From an uncultured delta proteobacterium (lineage in GTDB: Bacteria > Desulfobacterota > Syntrophobacteria > Syntrophobacterales > Syntrophobacteraceae), in contig CAWEHK010000030.1 in assembly GCA_963808625.1 (NCBI GenBank), positions 1-64,000 of the forward strand: a stretch of DNA of 64,000 nucleotides, given 5' to 3'. The translations under genes and the position numbers were made by a program. Shown one piece after another: positions 33,194 through 42,333 of the stretch; the first letter of the stretch is position 1; the number at the start of each line of letters is the position of its first letter. A model generated the notes under the pieces. It was not told where the DNA came from. It saw nothing but the letters and a program-made list of their open reading frames with translations, and made no database searches.

Positions 33194-34402
33194 CTATTTC
33201 TGGACGCCCCCTTGGAGACCCTTGCCTGGTTCAGGCAGGAGGTGGTGATCCAGAATGTAGGCGGCTATTATCTCCGCCGCGGCATCGTGCCCTGCCTGGG
33301 AAAAATGAGCGTCAGACTCCAGGTAATACTTTGCCATGTCGGCTTCGAAGAACGGGTATAGATCGATAACGTTGGTGATGCCTGTTTCATGGCAAAGGTC
33401 CTTAAGGACTCTCCTTCTCTCTCCGTTGTCATAGTTCCCTATGTACTCGGGAATCATGACCAGGATAAGCTCGGCCCCAAGTTCCCGGCACTTATTCTTC
33501 ATCTTGGTGAGATAGTCTCTTGTCACCTGTTCCTCTTCCTGCGTTACGCGATAGGCGGCAGGGTCAGCGATGCCGAAAGACAAAATCGAATTGATGGATA
33601 GTTTGGGCTTTGTCATATCGATGATCGTTCTTACCGTTGGGAAATTGATTCCCAACTGCCTCACGGTTCGCTCGATGAACGTCATGCTGTCACCAAATTT
33701 ATCGACCCGTATCAATTGAGCCAGGGAATAAGGAGACAGTCTTTTCGTTTCGGCGATGTGAACATATCTATTGAGTTCGCTATCGCTTAATGTAGCTGTC
33801 TTACCGGACCAAGTTATCGTATTATAAACCAAATAATTTTTTATCACTCTTACGTTGTTGAACGGAATAAGATTGTCATGAAAATCATTCCCAAGGAAAA
33901 AAGCAGTAATGACTATATTGGGATTAACAAGACTGGCATATGTATGCAAAACACCATATTCATTGGATGTTCCATATCCCGGAACCCCCATGTTGAAAAC
34001 AATTAATGGTCTATCTACTTTATGTTGGAGCGTGGTATCGATCAGTTTGGGATAGGGGACACGGACCCTCCCTCCGAAAGTGAAAGAATCCCCGAGGGCG
34101 ATAATCCTGTAGGATCTATGATCAAGCTCCACCAGGTCGTAGGCTTGGTCTCTAAACCCCAGGTTGTTGATGGAGACGATGAAACTCCCTGAATCATCGC
34201 TTCGCGTGACGTCCTGGTTTGGCAGTAGCGTGTAACCAATCGTGTCGTCTTCTTTATATGAAAACACCGTACCATCGTAGTTTTGCTTTAGAATGATTCC
34301 CGTTTTAGCAAAGAATAATATGAAAGCACCAATCATTATAACAGATATGCAAAGGCCGATGCACAGTGCCATTATATTTTTAATAACATTTGTCAAGACC
34401 AT
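33194..34402 (-). CDS. Membrane-anchored SGNH/GDSL hydrolase-like protein
   Basis: INNLGFRD, LGDSFTFG, NMGVPGYGT, GND and DAHFSQAGH; N-terminal TM helix. Confidence 0.85.
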   Translation of the reverse strand: MVLTNVIKNIMALCIGLCISVIMIGAFILFFAKTGIILKQNYDGTVFSYKEDDTIGYTLLPNQDVTRSDDSGSFIVSINNLGFRDQAYDLVELDHRSYRIIALGDSFTFGGRVRVPYPKLIDTTLQHKVDRPLIVFNMGVPGYGTSNEYGVLHTYASLVNPNIVITAFFLGNDFHDNLIPFNNVRVIKNYLVYNTITWSGKTATLSDSELNRYVHIAETKRLSPYSLAQLIRVDKFGDSMTFIERTVRQLGINFPTVRTIIDMTKPKLSINSILSFGIADPAAYRVTQEEEQVTRDYLTKMKNKCRELGAELILVMIPEYIGNYDNGERRRVLKDLCHETGITNVIDLYPFFEADMAKYYLESDAHFSQAGHDAAAEIIAAYILDHHLLPEPGKGLQGGVQK

Positions 34403-34429
34403 AAGGTCGTCCTGGTTGCAAGCTTGCCT

Positions 34430-34577
34430 AGTACAGCGCCACAAAATGGGTATTCATTCATAGAGCCTCGTTATGCCCGCGAAGGCGGGCACCCAGGCTT
34501 TTATTCTGGATTCCCGCCAGAAGCATGCGGGAATGACGCCCGGTGATTATGGTCACATAATTCTGTGGCGCTGTACT
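34430..34577. mobile_element. MITE-like element with 18-bp TIR carrying CGTC-REP hairpins
   Basis: AGTACAGCGCCACAAAAT / ATTCTGTGGCGCTGTACT (17/18). Internal CCCGCGAAGGCGGG and CTGGATTCCCGCCAGAAGCATGCGGGAATGACG. Confidence 0.7.
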
Positions 34578-35017
34578 CATAACCGCTAGGCTGAAAACAC
34601 TCATTTTGGTTGACTTAAAAATTAACCACAGTCAATCATGTCACTTCGGGACCCCCGAAGACACATGAAAAGAAACTTTTCACAGCAGAGCACGCAGAGA
34701 TGGCAGAGAAAGCCAATGATTCTCTCTGCAGCCTCTGTGATATTAATGCCGAGTTTCTTGTTTTTTTGCCAAGATTTTCTTTGGAACCTCTTGGGATCGT
34801 TAAAATTCCCACCCAATTTTGGTTGCGGCTACGCCGCGCTGTGCACTCTGCCCTGCTAACATTCAGTTTCTTAAAATTCAGACAAGAGTTTTCTTTGGCT
34901 CTTTGTTTCTCTGCGTCCTCTGCGCTCTCTGCGGTTAATTCTTTTGGTTGCGGCTACGCCGCGCTGTGTCCTCTGTGGTGGAAAAGCAGACATTTGGACC
35001 TTGACGCATGGAGCACG

Positions 35018-36880
35018 TTAATCCGGTTCAAACTGCTTTTCCCAGTCAGCGTCGTCCTGCCGGTCGGGCTGTTGAGACTTCGTAAACAGAAAATTCTCCA
35101 TGACGAGATAGTCCATTTCGGTCCTCATGAAACAGCGGTAAGCGTCGTCCGGGGTGCAGACGATGGGTTCCCCCCTGACATTGAAGCTGGTGTTCACCAC
35201 CAGTCCGCAGCCGGTCTTCTCCTTGAATGCCCGGATCAGTTGCCAGAATCGGTCATTGGTATGTTTGTTCACGGTTTGCACCCGGGCTGAGAAATCCACA
35301 TGGGTTACCGCCGGGATATCGGATCGCTGCTGATAAAGTCTTCCCCAAACGCCCAGCTGGTCGGTGTTTTCGGGAAGGGGGCAGCGCCTGCTTTGGCGGA
35401 CGGGGGCAACGAGGAGCATGTAGGGCGAGGGTCGGTCCAGCTCAAAATAATCGCCGCAGTCCTCTTCCAGAACGGCCGGCGCAAAGGGCCGAAAGCCTTC
35501 GCGGTACTTGATCTTCAGGTTCAGCTTCTTTTGCATCTCGGGATCGCGGGGGTCACCCAGGATGCTGCGATTGCCCAGGGCCCGAGGTCCAAACTCCATC
35601 CGCCCCTGGAACCAACCGACGACGTTTCCCCCCGCCAACAATTCGGCAACATCCCGGCACAGGTCATCGACGGCAGCGTATTGTCGAAACGGCGCCCGGC
35701 GCCTTCGTGCCAGCCTCAGAATATCGGCAGGACCGAACTCGGGACCGACATAGGTGCCCCGCATGGCGTCCCGGCCGGAAATGACCTTGCGTTCCCGGCC
35801 CTGCCCGACATGCCAGGCGGCGTAGGCCGCTCCCAGGGACCCGCCCGCATCCCCGGCCGCAGGCTGTACCCAAAGGTCCCGGAACAGGCCCGACCGCAAA
35901 ATCTTTCCATTCGCCACGCAGTTCAGGGCCACGCCTCCCGCCAGCACGAGGTGGTCGGAGCCGGTCAGTTCCCGCGCGGTATGGCTCAGCCGCAGGATGA
36001 TCTCTTCCGTGACTTGTTGAATGGCAAGGGCCAGATCCATATAGGGTTGGGTCAGCTCATCCCCTGGCATCCTCCTCGGGATGCCAAAAAGCTCCTGCCA
36101 TCTGGCTTCATGGCACATGGTCAGGCCCGTGGCAAAGTTGAAGTAAGCCATGTTCAGCAGCAGCGAGCCGTCGGGACGGACATCCACCAGTTCGTCCCGG
36201 ATTTTGCTGCGATAAGCCCTCATCCTTTCGGAGTCGGCGTTGCCGTAGGGTGCCAGCCCCATCAGCTTGTATTCGCCGCTGTTCACCTTGAAGCCGCAAT
36301 AGAAGGTAAAGGCCGAATAGAGGAGTCCTACGGAGTGAGGGAAGTCGAGCTGGCGCAAGATCTTGATCTGGTTTGCGCGGCCATGCCCCACGGTCGCGGT
36401 AGCCCACTCACCGACGCCGTCAATGGTGAGGATGGCCGCTTCCTCGAAAGGCGATGGATAAAAGGCGCTGGCGGCGTGCGAAAGATGATGCTCCGGGAAG
36501 AGCAGCCTCGGGGTGCCGGGTGCAATCTTCCCCAGTTCCTCCTTGAGCAGCCGGCGCATAAACAGTTTCTCCTTGATCCAGACGGGGATGGCCGCAAGAA
36601 AGCTTGGCAGCCCTCGGGGGGCAAAGGCATGGTAAGTTTCGAGGAGTCGTTCAAACTTGAGGTACGGCTTGTCGTAAAAGGCGACGGCCAGGAGCTCATC
36701 GAGGCCGGCAATGCCGGCCTCGTCCAGGACGTATTGCGCAGCGTTCGTGGGGAAGGAGGGGTCATGCTTCCGGCGCGTGAAGCGCTCTTCATGAGCGGCG
36801 GCAAGAATCTCACCGTCCCCCAGCAGGGCTGCAGCACTATCGTGGTAATAGGCGGAAATCCCCAGAACGAACTGCGCCAT
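35018..36880 (-). CDS. Carbamoyltransferase (NodU/CmcH/SxtI family)
   Basis: LGISAYYHDSAAAL, EERFTR.KH, EHHLSHAASAF, GEYKLMGLAPYG, GGVALNCVANG, EFGPRALGNRS and NTSFNVRGEPIV. Confidence 0.95.
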   Translation of the reverse strand: MAQFVLGISAYYHDSAAALLGDGEILAAAHEERFTRRKHDPSFPTNAAQYVLDEAGIAGLDELLAVAFYDKPYLKFERLLETYHAFAPRGLPSFLAAIPVWIKEKLFMRRLLKEELGKIAPGTPRLLFPEHHLSHAASAFYPSPFEEAAILTIDGVGEWATATVGHGRANQIKILRQLDFPHSVGLLYSAFTFYCGFKVNSGEYKLMGLAPYGNADSERMRAYRSKIRDELVDVRPDGSLLLNMAYFNFATGLTMCHEARWQELFGIPRRMPGDELTQPYMDLALAIQQVTEEIILRLSHTARELTGSDHLVLAGGVALNCVANGKILRSGLFRDLWVQPAAGDAGGSLGAAYAAWHVGQGRERKVISGRDAMRGTYVGPEFGPADILRLARRRRAPFRQYAAVDDLCRDVAELLAGGNVVGWFQGRMEFGPRALGNRSILGDPRDPEMQKKLNLKIKYREGFRPFAPAVLEEDCGDYFELDRPSPYMLLVAPVRQSRRCPLPENTDQLGVWGRLYQQRSDIPAVTHVDFSARVQTVNKHTNDRFWQLIRAFKEKTGCGLVVNTSFNVRGEPIVCTPDDAYRCFMRTEMDYLVMENFLFTKSQQPDRQDDADWEKQFEPD

Positions 36881-36889
36881 GTTCGCTCC

Positions 36890-37039
36890 CTAGAACAGCG
36901 TATAGATGAAGGGAGCAAGAGCGGAGCCGCCCGCCAAAATTATCAGCGCCCCAAAAAGGAACAGGGTGAGGATTATCGGCAGCAGCCAGTATTTCTTCCT
37001 GGCCTTCATGAATCCCCATAAATCATTCAGAAAATCCAT
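36890..37039 (-). CDS. DUF5989/SxtK-like small membrane protein
   Basis: Manual translation: MDFLNDLWGFMKARKKYWLLPIILTLFLFGALIILAGGSALAPFIYTLF (too short for the ORF track). Confidence 0.88.
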   Translation of the reverse strand: MDFLNDLWGFMKARKKYWLLPIILTLFLFGALIILAGGSALAPFIYTLF

Positions 37040-37056
37040 GCTCCCCTTCCCAACGG

Positions 37057-37464
37057 TCAATAAGGCTTATCGAGATCGGCAGGCTCGAATGAGTGGTCAC
37101 GACGCTTAAAAACGGATGAGTCATCCTTCTTCCACTGATTAAGAGAAAGAGAATCCAGGCCTGCAAGTCTTCGGAAAACTCCAACCGGTACTACCATGCA
37201 TACAAACAAGATGGATAGAATTATTGCGGAGGTCGCTTTTCCTAACATGTGTGAGAAAGCTATCCATATCTTAGCTATTGGTTTAAAAATAGGGCATGCC
37301 AGCAAATTTAGAAACAGAACTGCCGCAGCCAATGGTAATAATGAGGGATTATTTAGATAGTAAGTCAGCAATAAGCATATCAAGGCTATGATCATCCCAG
37401 TGTCTTTTGCTTCTTCTCTGGTTACGCCCGAAAAGAACGACACACTCTTTTTCAACTCGTTCAT
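37057..37464 (-). CDS. SxtJ-family membrane protein
   Basis: KPIAKIW...LG...IILSILF...PVG..RR..G.D.L, ending in DKPY. Sits next to the SxtK-like and carbamoyltransferase genes. Confidence 0.8.
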   Translation of the reverse strand: MNELKKSVSFFSGVTREEAKDTGMIIALICLLLTYYLNNPSLLPLAAAVLFLNLLACPIFKPIAKIWIAFSHMLGKATSAIILSILFVCMVVPVGVFRRLAGLDSLSLNQWKKDDSSVFKRRDHSFEPADLDKPY

Positions 37465-37626
37465 TGGTAATCCCTCAGGTCCCTGACAGCCGTGTTCTTT
37501 GTTCCTGGTCTCTTTGTTCCTCTCCTTAACCATTTTTCCAGACCCGTCCGATTCGAGGCATGGAATGATACAATGGTGAACCTACTTTATACCGAAACGA
37601 GAGAAAAAAACCCATAGCGAGGAGTC

Positions 37627-38571
37627 TTAGAAACGGGAGCGGACCATTTTCTTCACCGTTGATTTGAGGCGCAGCTTGGCGAGCAGCGTAACAACAAACC
37701 TTGATGCCGTGTGCAGAACCAGGTGCATCACCGCTGCTGCCAGATGCTTTGAACCCGTGCGGAGATAGATGACGTCGCCGCAATCTTTGCAGGCATTGGC
37801 GAAGGCCCTTTTGTGCTCCCCTTCGCCAACGCAAAGATCGTACACTTCCAGGCGCCGCTCCTGGAAGAGGCGACGAATGATATAGTATTGCAGGACAATG
37901 CCCGGCGACAGCTTTGCGAATGCGGGGTCGTAGCCCACGAAGTCGTAAAGAAAAACGCGGTTGTCCAAAACCGGCCCCAATACATAAGAAACCGGCCTGG
38001 TCCCGGCAAAGAGAAGATACCCGCGGACGCCACCAGTCCGTGCCAGGGTCGCGATCGTACTTTGAAATTCTGCGTCACCCGGCAGACCCTGGGCCAGCAT
38101 GCGCTCCTGAAAGGTCCTGGCGGATATCCGGCGAGCGTAGGGCCAAAATTCCGCGATCTCCTCCGGCGTGGCAAACTCGCGAAAGCTGGTGTCACGACCG
38201 TAAAGGCTTTCGAATTTTCGGACCTTGCGCAGGAGCGTCGCTCGTCTCCTGGCGCTGAATGCGGCGAGATAATCGTCAAAGCCGCCCTGCCGCTGAATGT
38301 AGTAATGGCGGTACTCCGTGGTAAGGTACCGGACGAACCCCCCAACCCGTGCCAGCCGCGGCAGATTTCCCGGGAGGGGGCAGGAACGGATGAAGGCCGC
38401 CTCGAGTCCATGCTGCTCGAGTTCCGTTTCCGGCGCCTGCAAGGAAAGGGCAGGAGAGGCGTCGAGGAAGCTCTCCTGGTGCACCAGGGCCGGGATCGTG
38501 TAACGGAACAGAACGAACTCCCCCAGGCGAAACTTCAAAACAATCTCTCCGGGCTCCCATCTGACACCCAT
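37627..38571 (-). CDS. GNAT-family acetyltransferase (CelD/BcsL, Acetyltransf_6 type)
   Basis: FDDYLAAFS.RRR..L.RK.RK, GYDPAFAKLSPG.VL and D...GE.EHK. Confidence 0.8.
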   Translation of the reverse strand: MGVRWEPGEIVLKFRLGEFVLFRYTIPALVHQESFLDASPALSLQAPETELEQHGLEAAFIRSCPLPGNLPRLARVGGFVRYLTTEYRHYYIQRQGGFDDYLAAFSARRRATLLRKVRKFESLYGRDTSFREFATPEEIAEFWPYARRISARTFQERMLAQGLPGDAEFQSTIATLARTGGVRGYLLFAGTRPVSYVLGPVLDNRVFLYDFVGYDPAFAKLSPGIVLQYYIIRRLFQERRLEVYDLCVGEGEHKRAFANACKDCGDVIYLRTGSKHLAAAVMHLVLHTASRFVVTLLAKLRLKSTVKKMVRSRF

Positions 38572-39242
38572 TAACCACCGTCTCCAAGTGATTCTTCAAG
38601 GTCGTTGACAATAAGAACGCTATTGGCCTTTTTCGCGGCGACTTTGAAACCGTTTCGGGCATTGAAATGGAGCCACTCGAACTTGTCCGCCCGGACGTAG
38701 GCTTCTGCCCTGCGGATCCCAAGTTTGCGAAGTTCCCTCAGGTGATGATACTGGAGTCTGCCCCCAAGGCCTGCGCCTCGGAAGGCGGGCAGGATCGTGG
38801 TATCGACGAGCCTTGCGGTGTGGCTTCCATCTCTTCCCCAATGATCATAACCCGCCGTCGGCAAACTCTCCAACTCCGGCCCGTTCTGCTCGATACCGGT
38901 CGATTTCCCCTTTCTCTCCTTGCGGTTTCGGTATTTCTGCAAGCACAAACCGGCGAGTATTCTGATTCCCGTCGCCGGATGTTCCCTGAGAAAGGAAAGC
39001 CAGTAGCCTCGCGAATCGATCACCCCGATCGACCAGCCAACGATCCTGCCGCGTGCTCTAACCAGCATGATGTGAGGTCCCCTCCCATGGAGCGCATCCT
39101 CGATGAAGGCCCGGTAGAGGGCCGGGTCCACGCATCCTGCCAGACTGATCCGCTCGTGCAGCAGCAACTGCGCCAGCAAAGCGCCGTCACCTGCGGTCAC
39201 GGGGCCGTACTGCAACTCCTCATACGGGTCGCCTTTCATCAT
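38571..39242 (-). CDS. GNAT-family N-acetyltransferase
   Basis: Acetyl-CoA motif ILPAFRGAGLGGRL and C-terminal F..RNGF. Confidence 0.7.
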   Translation of the reverse strand: MMKGDPYEELQYGPVTAGDGALLAQLLLHERISLAGCVDPALYRAFIEDALHGRGPHIMLVRARGRIVGWSIGVIDSRGYWLSFLREHPATGIRILAGLCLQKYRNRKERKGKSTGIEQNGPELESLPTAGYDHWGRDGSHTARLVDTTILPAFRGAGLGGRLQYHHLRELRKLGIRRAEAYVRADKFEWLHFNARNGFKVAAKKANSVLIVNDLEESLGDGG

Positions 39243-39269
39243 CCTTGTCTCTTCGGTGAATCCCTTTTG

Positions 39270-41062
39270 TCAGCCCTGCGAAGGCCGAAATCCTTCTTGT
39301 ATACCGCAGAGACGCAGAGAATTGCCGTCGCCGGTCCTTCTCCGCGCTCTCCGCGCCTCCGCGTGAGCCACTATCCAAAAGCGGCCAAAAAAGGGAGCAT
39401 GATTGGAAGTAAAAATAGGAGGATCTCTCCTGATGATCGAGGCAACGGCAGGATGCCTCTTGAATTCCTTGTCCAGGAACTGCCTCACCATGGCCCGATG
39501 CCAGCCGCGGGGATGATGGAAATCCGCGTACAGGGCGAGATCGCCGTCATAGTGCATTTTCGTTTCCAACGCTTGTGCCTCTTGCCCATAAATGGGCAGA
39601 TTGAAGATCGCCAGGTTGAGGAAACCGATTTGATCGGCGTGCCGCACCGTGAATTCAAGCGTCTTGCGCGCCTCCTGCAGGGTCTCGGAAGGCGTCCCGA
39701 AAAGCAGGTAAACATAGGTTGCGATGCCCGCCTTTCTGAGGTTTTTCAGGGCCGATGACACGATCTCCAGGTCGATTCCTTTGTGTTCATTGTCGAGTAC
39801 TCTTTGATCTCCGGATTCAATCCCGAGCTGCAGCATGGTGCATCCCGAACGTTTCAGCGCGCCTGCAGAAATCGGGGTCGGCAAGATCGCGCGTCACCCG
39901 GGCAAATCCATACCATGGTGCTCCCGGCGGATGCTCGGAAAGCGCCCTCAGCAGCGGGGGACTCATGGCATTGTCGAGCACATGCAGCAGCACGGGCTTC
40001 GTGCTCCTGACCAGCAACCGGAGGTCTTTCACCGCCTGCTCAGCAGGGATCGGCACATAAGGACTGCCTTCCGCCCGCTCCGGACAGAAGGCGCATTTGT
40101 TCCAGTAGCAGCCGGTCGCTGAACTGTAAGGCAGGATGAAGCCCGGAGCAAAATAGGGGGAGTGATGAGTGGTGAGTGATGAGTGGTGGGTGCTGAGTGC
40201 TGAGTGCTGAGTGCTGAGTGCTGGGTGGTGAGGGGGTGTGGGGGCGATCCGGAGGCGATTCCCAATGTCCGAAGGTGGCGTTTCGGGAGGGCGAAAGGAG
40301 GAAACAAAATTGTAGTTGGGGATGAGCCGTGCCGGCGTGAGATTGCCGGCGCCGGCAAGGTTGAGCAGGGCTTCCTCTCCCGGCCCTGCCACCAGGTGAT
40401 CCACGAGCCCAAGGAAAGGGTCCTTCCAACCCGGCCGTCTCATCCATGAGGTCACCAGCCCTCCCCCCAGAACGATGGCAACTTTCGGGAATTTGCTCCT
40501 CAGAAAACCGACTATCGCGAAGGTGCTGAGAGCCTGGCTGAGATAATTCAGGGATATTCCCATCAGGGTTGGTTCTTCAGTTTCGCATGAGCGTGCTGAG
40601 CCGCTCTTGAAAGTAGGGGAAGAAGGGGTTCTCCGCAGGGTTCTCTGCAGCCTGGATGAGATCGCTGCTCCTCACCGGGGAGCGTCTTCGATCCTGGTAA
40701 TTTGCCAGGCTTAGCTGAACGTCATAGGATGGTGCGGACTTCTCAAACACGCGATTCAAGTCTGCCACCGCCCGCTGGTAGCGGTCGAAGCTCTGGTAGG
40801 TGTTTAAGTCCCTGAGGCGGCTCAAGTTTTTTGAAAGACCGCGAGCGGCCCGCTGCGTCCACCGGTCCGCGGCGGTCACCTTATCACCCATGAGACTGAG
40901 GAGACCCTCGAGATTCATGTCTATAGCGGTGAATGGTATCTCATGGTGGTGGAGCGCGCCACCAAGTCTGGCAATGCCGGCTGGGGGTTCACAAGGTTTT
41001 GCCACCGGTGGGTAAACCAGAAGGACAGGGCTCTTCCGATGAGGCATCCGTGGTGTCCTCAT
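39270..41062 (-). CDS. B12-binding-type radical SAM protein (frameshifted)
   Basis: N-terminal LLVYPP...PPAGIARL, CYWNKCAFC (CxxxCxxC), LQLGIESGDQRVL and YLLFGTPSET. Confidence 0.85.
40160..40232. repeat. Heptamer tandem repeat (GAGTGCT/GAGTGAT)n inside the radical SAM CDS
   Basis: Translates in frame as PHHPALSTQHSALSTHHSSLTTHHSP. Confidence 0.85.
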
Positions 41063-41305
41063 ACAATCAACAGGGTTGGCAGGAACTTCCCGACGAAGTA
41101 TCTTGTTTTATGCTAACCTGCTCATTAGAATGCATAACATAAATCATTGTGACTCTCACGGCTCAACATCGAAGATCCCTAGCGCCAGGGGCTGCCATCC
41201 GGTCGTCGTTAGCAGCATGCTGTAAGTCCGACGACGTTGGCGCTTGGACACTGAGGTCAAGGCCATGAAATGCATTATCGCAAAAACAAGGGAAGCGTCT
41301 GCGAT

Positions 41306-41530
41306 ATGAAGAAGATGTGGCTGCGAATCAAGGAGCAATACCAGCGGGATGAGCTGCGGCAACGACTGGCAGAAATCGGCAGGGTTGAAGACGATCCCGC
41401 CGATCCCCGCCGGTTGGTGATCACCTTTCACAATCAGTCGGAAAGCGGCTTGCTCATGGCAGGCTTTCGCCTCTCCCAGGAGTTCATCGAGTACCTCGAC
41501 GATTTTGATATGATCCGGGAGGATGGATAG
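41306..41530 (+). CDS. Small hypothetical protein
   Basis: 74-aa ORF with plausible composition, divergent from the radical SAM gene. Confidence 0.5.
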   Translation: MKKMWLRIKEQYQRDELRQRLAEIGRVEDDPADPRRLVITFHNQSESGLLMAGFRLSQEFIEYLDDFDMIREDG

Positions 41531-41619
41531 CCCGCGTTGGCGGGCAGGGGCGTCCCGCGTTGCCGCGCGGCAACTGGCCTGCCGCATTTTGGGAAAGGCA
41601 CCCGGGACGGCACCCCGCT

Positions 41620-41892
41620 TCATTCGGCTGTCGTCGGGTCGATCACCTCACGGACCTCGGCTACCTTGTTTGCAGGGAAGCCTCCCTGCTGAGCATGCTC
41701 GCGAACCATGGCCTCGTTGGGAGCAATGTAGACACAGTAAATCTTGTCGTCGGTAACAAAGCTCTGTACCCATTGAATCTCCGGCCCCAGCTTCTGCAAG
41801 ATGCTGCAGGACTTTCCGGAAATGCTCCGGAGCTCCTCTTTGGAAAGCTTGCCGGCTCCTGGGATTTCGCGTTCTATGACATACTTAGGCAT
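41620..41892 (-). CDS. DUF4242-family protein
   Basis: MPKYVIEREIPGAG...IQWVQSFVTDDKIYCVYIAPNE..VREHA..GGFPAN. Confidence 0.85.
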   Translation of the reverse strand: MPKYVIEREIPGAGKLSKEELRSISGKSCSILQKLGPEIQWVQSFVTDDKIYCVYIAPNEAMVREHAQQGGFPANKVAEVREVIDPTTAE

Positions 41893-42192
41893 GACGGTTC
41901 TCCTCTTTCGACTGGTGACATGACCTCGGGGCGGTGCTCCGGCCTTCTGTTTCACGGCATCCATAGAAGACCGCGTTTTCAAGAGTGGGCAAAAAACCTT
42001 GCCCATCGCTCCCCTACCGGTATACTTTTTCCCTTACCGTGAAGCGTCGTTGATTATACCGACCGGGATCGTTATCGGCAACGTTTGGCGGAAAAGATCG
42101 GCCCCTTGACGGATAACTTTCTTCTCTCTTCGTCTTCGCGGCAATCACTGCAACGGGGCTTTTTCAGACTTTTTGGCCACCCTTATTTAGAC

Positions 42193-42325
42193 ACCGAGGT
42201 TTCCGCAGGGGGCCTTAATCTGTGGGGCAGGCTTTCCAGCCTGCCTTTTGGCCACTTCGGCATGGCAGGCTGGAAAGCCTGCCCCACACGGATTGGAGTT
42301 TCACCAAAGTACCGTTGTGCTACTA
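42193..42325. mobile_element. MITE-like element of about 135 bp (copy 1; inverted relative to 47960..48095)
   Basis: Near-identical reverse complement of 47960..48095, with internal palindrome TGTGGGGCAGGCTTTCCAGCCTGCC...GGCAGGCTGGAAAGCCTGCCCCACA. A half copy lies at about 8910-8935. Confidence 0.8.
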
Positions 42326-42333
42326 AGGTGTGA

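Noticed and set aside
29596..37021. Long + strand ORFs 29596..30906 and 35300..37021
   Set aside because: Antisense shadows of the GC-rich dikinase and carbamoyltransferase genes.
35018..37464. Saxitoxin biosynthesis cluster
   Set aside because: Only the widespread sxtI/J/K-like trio is present; there is no sxtA, sxtG or other core gene.
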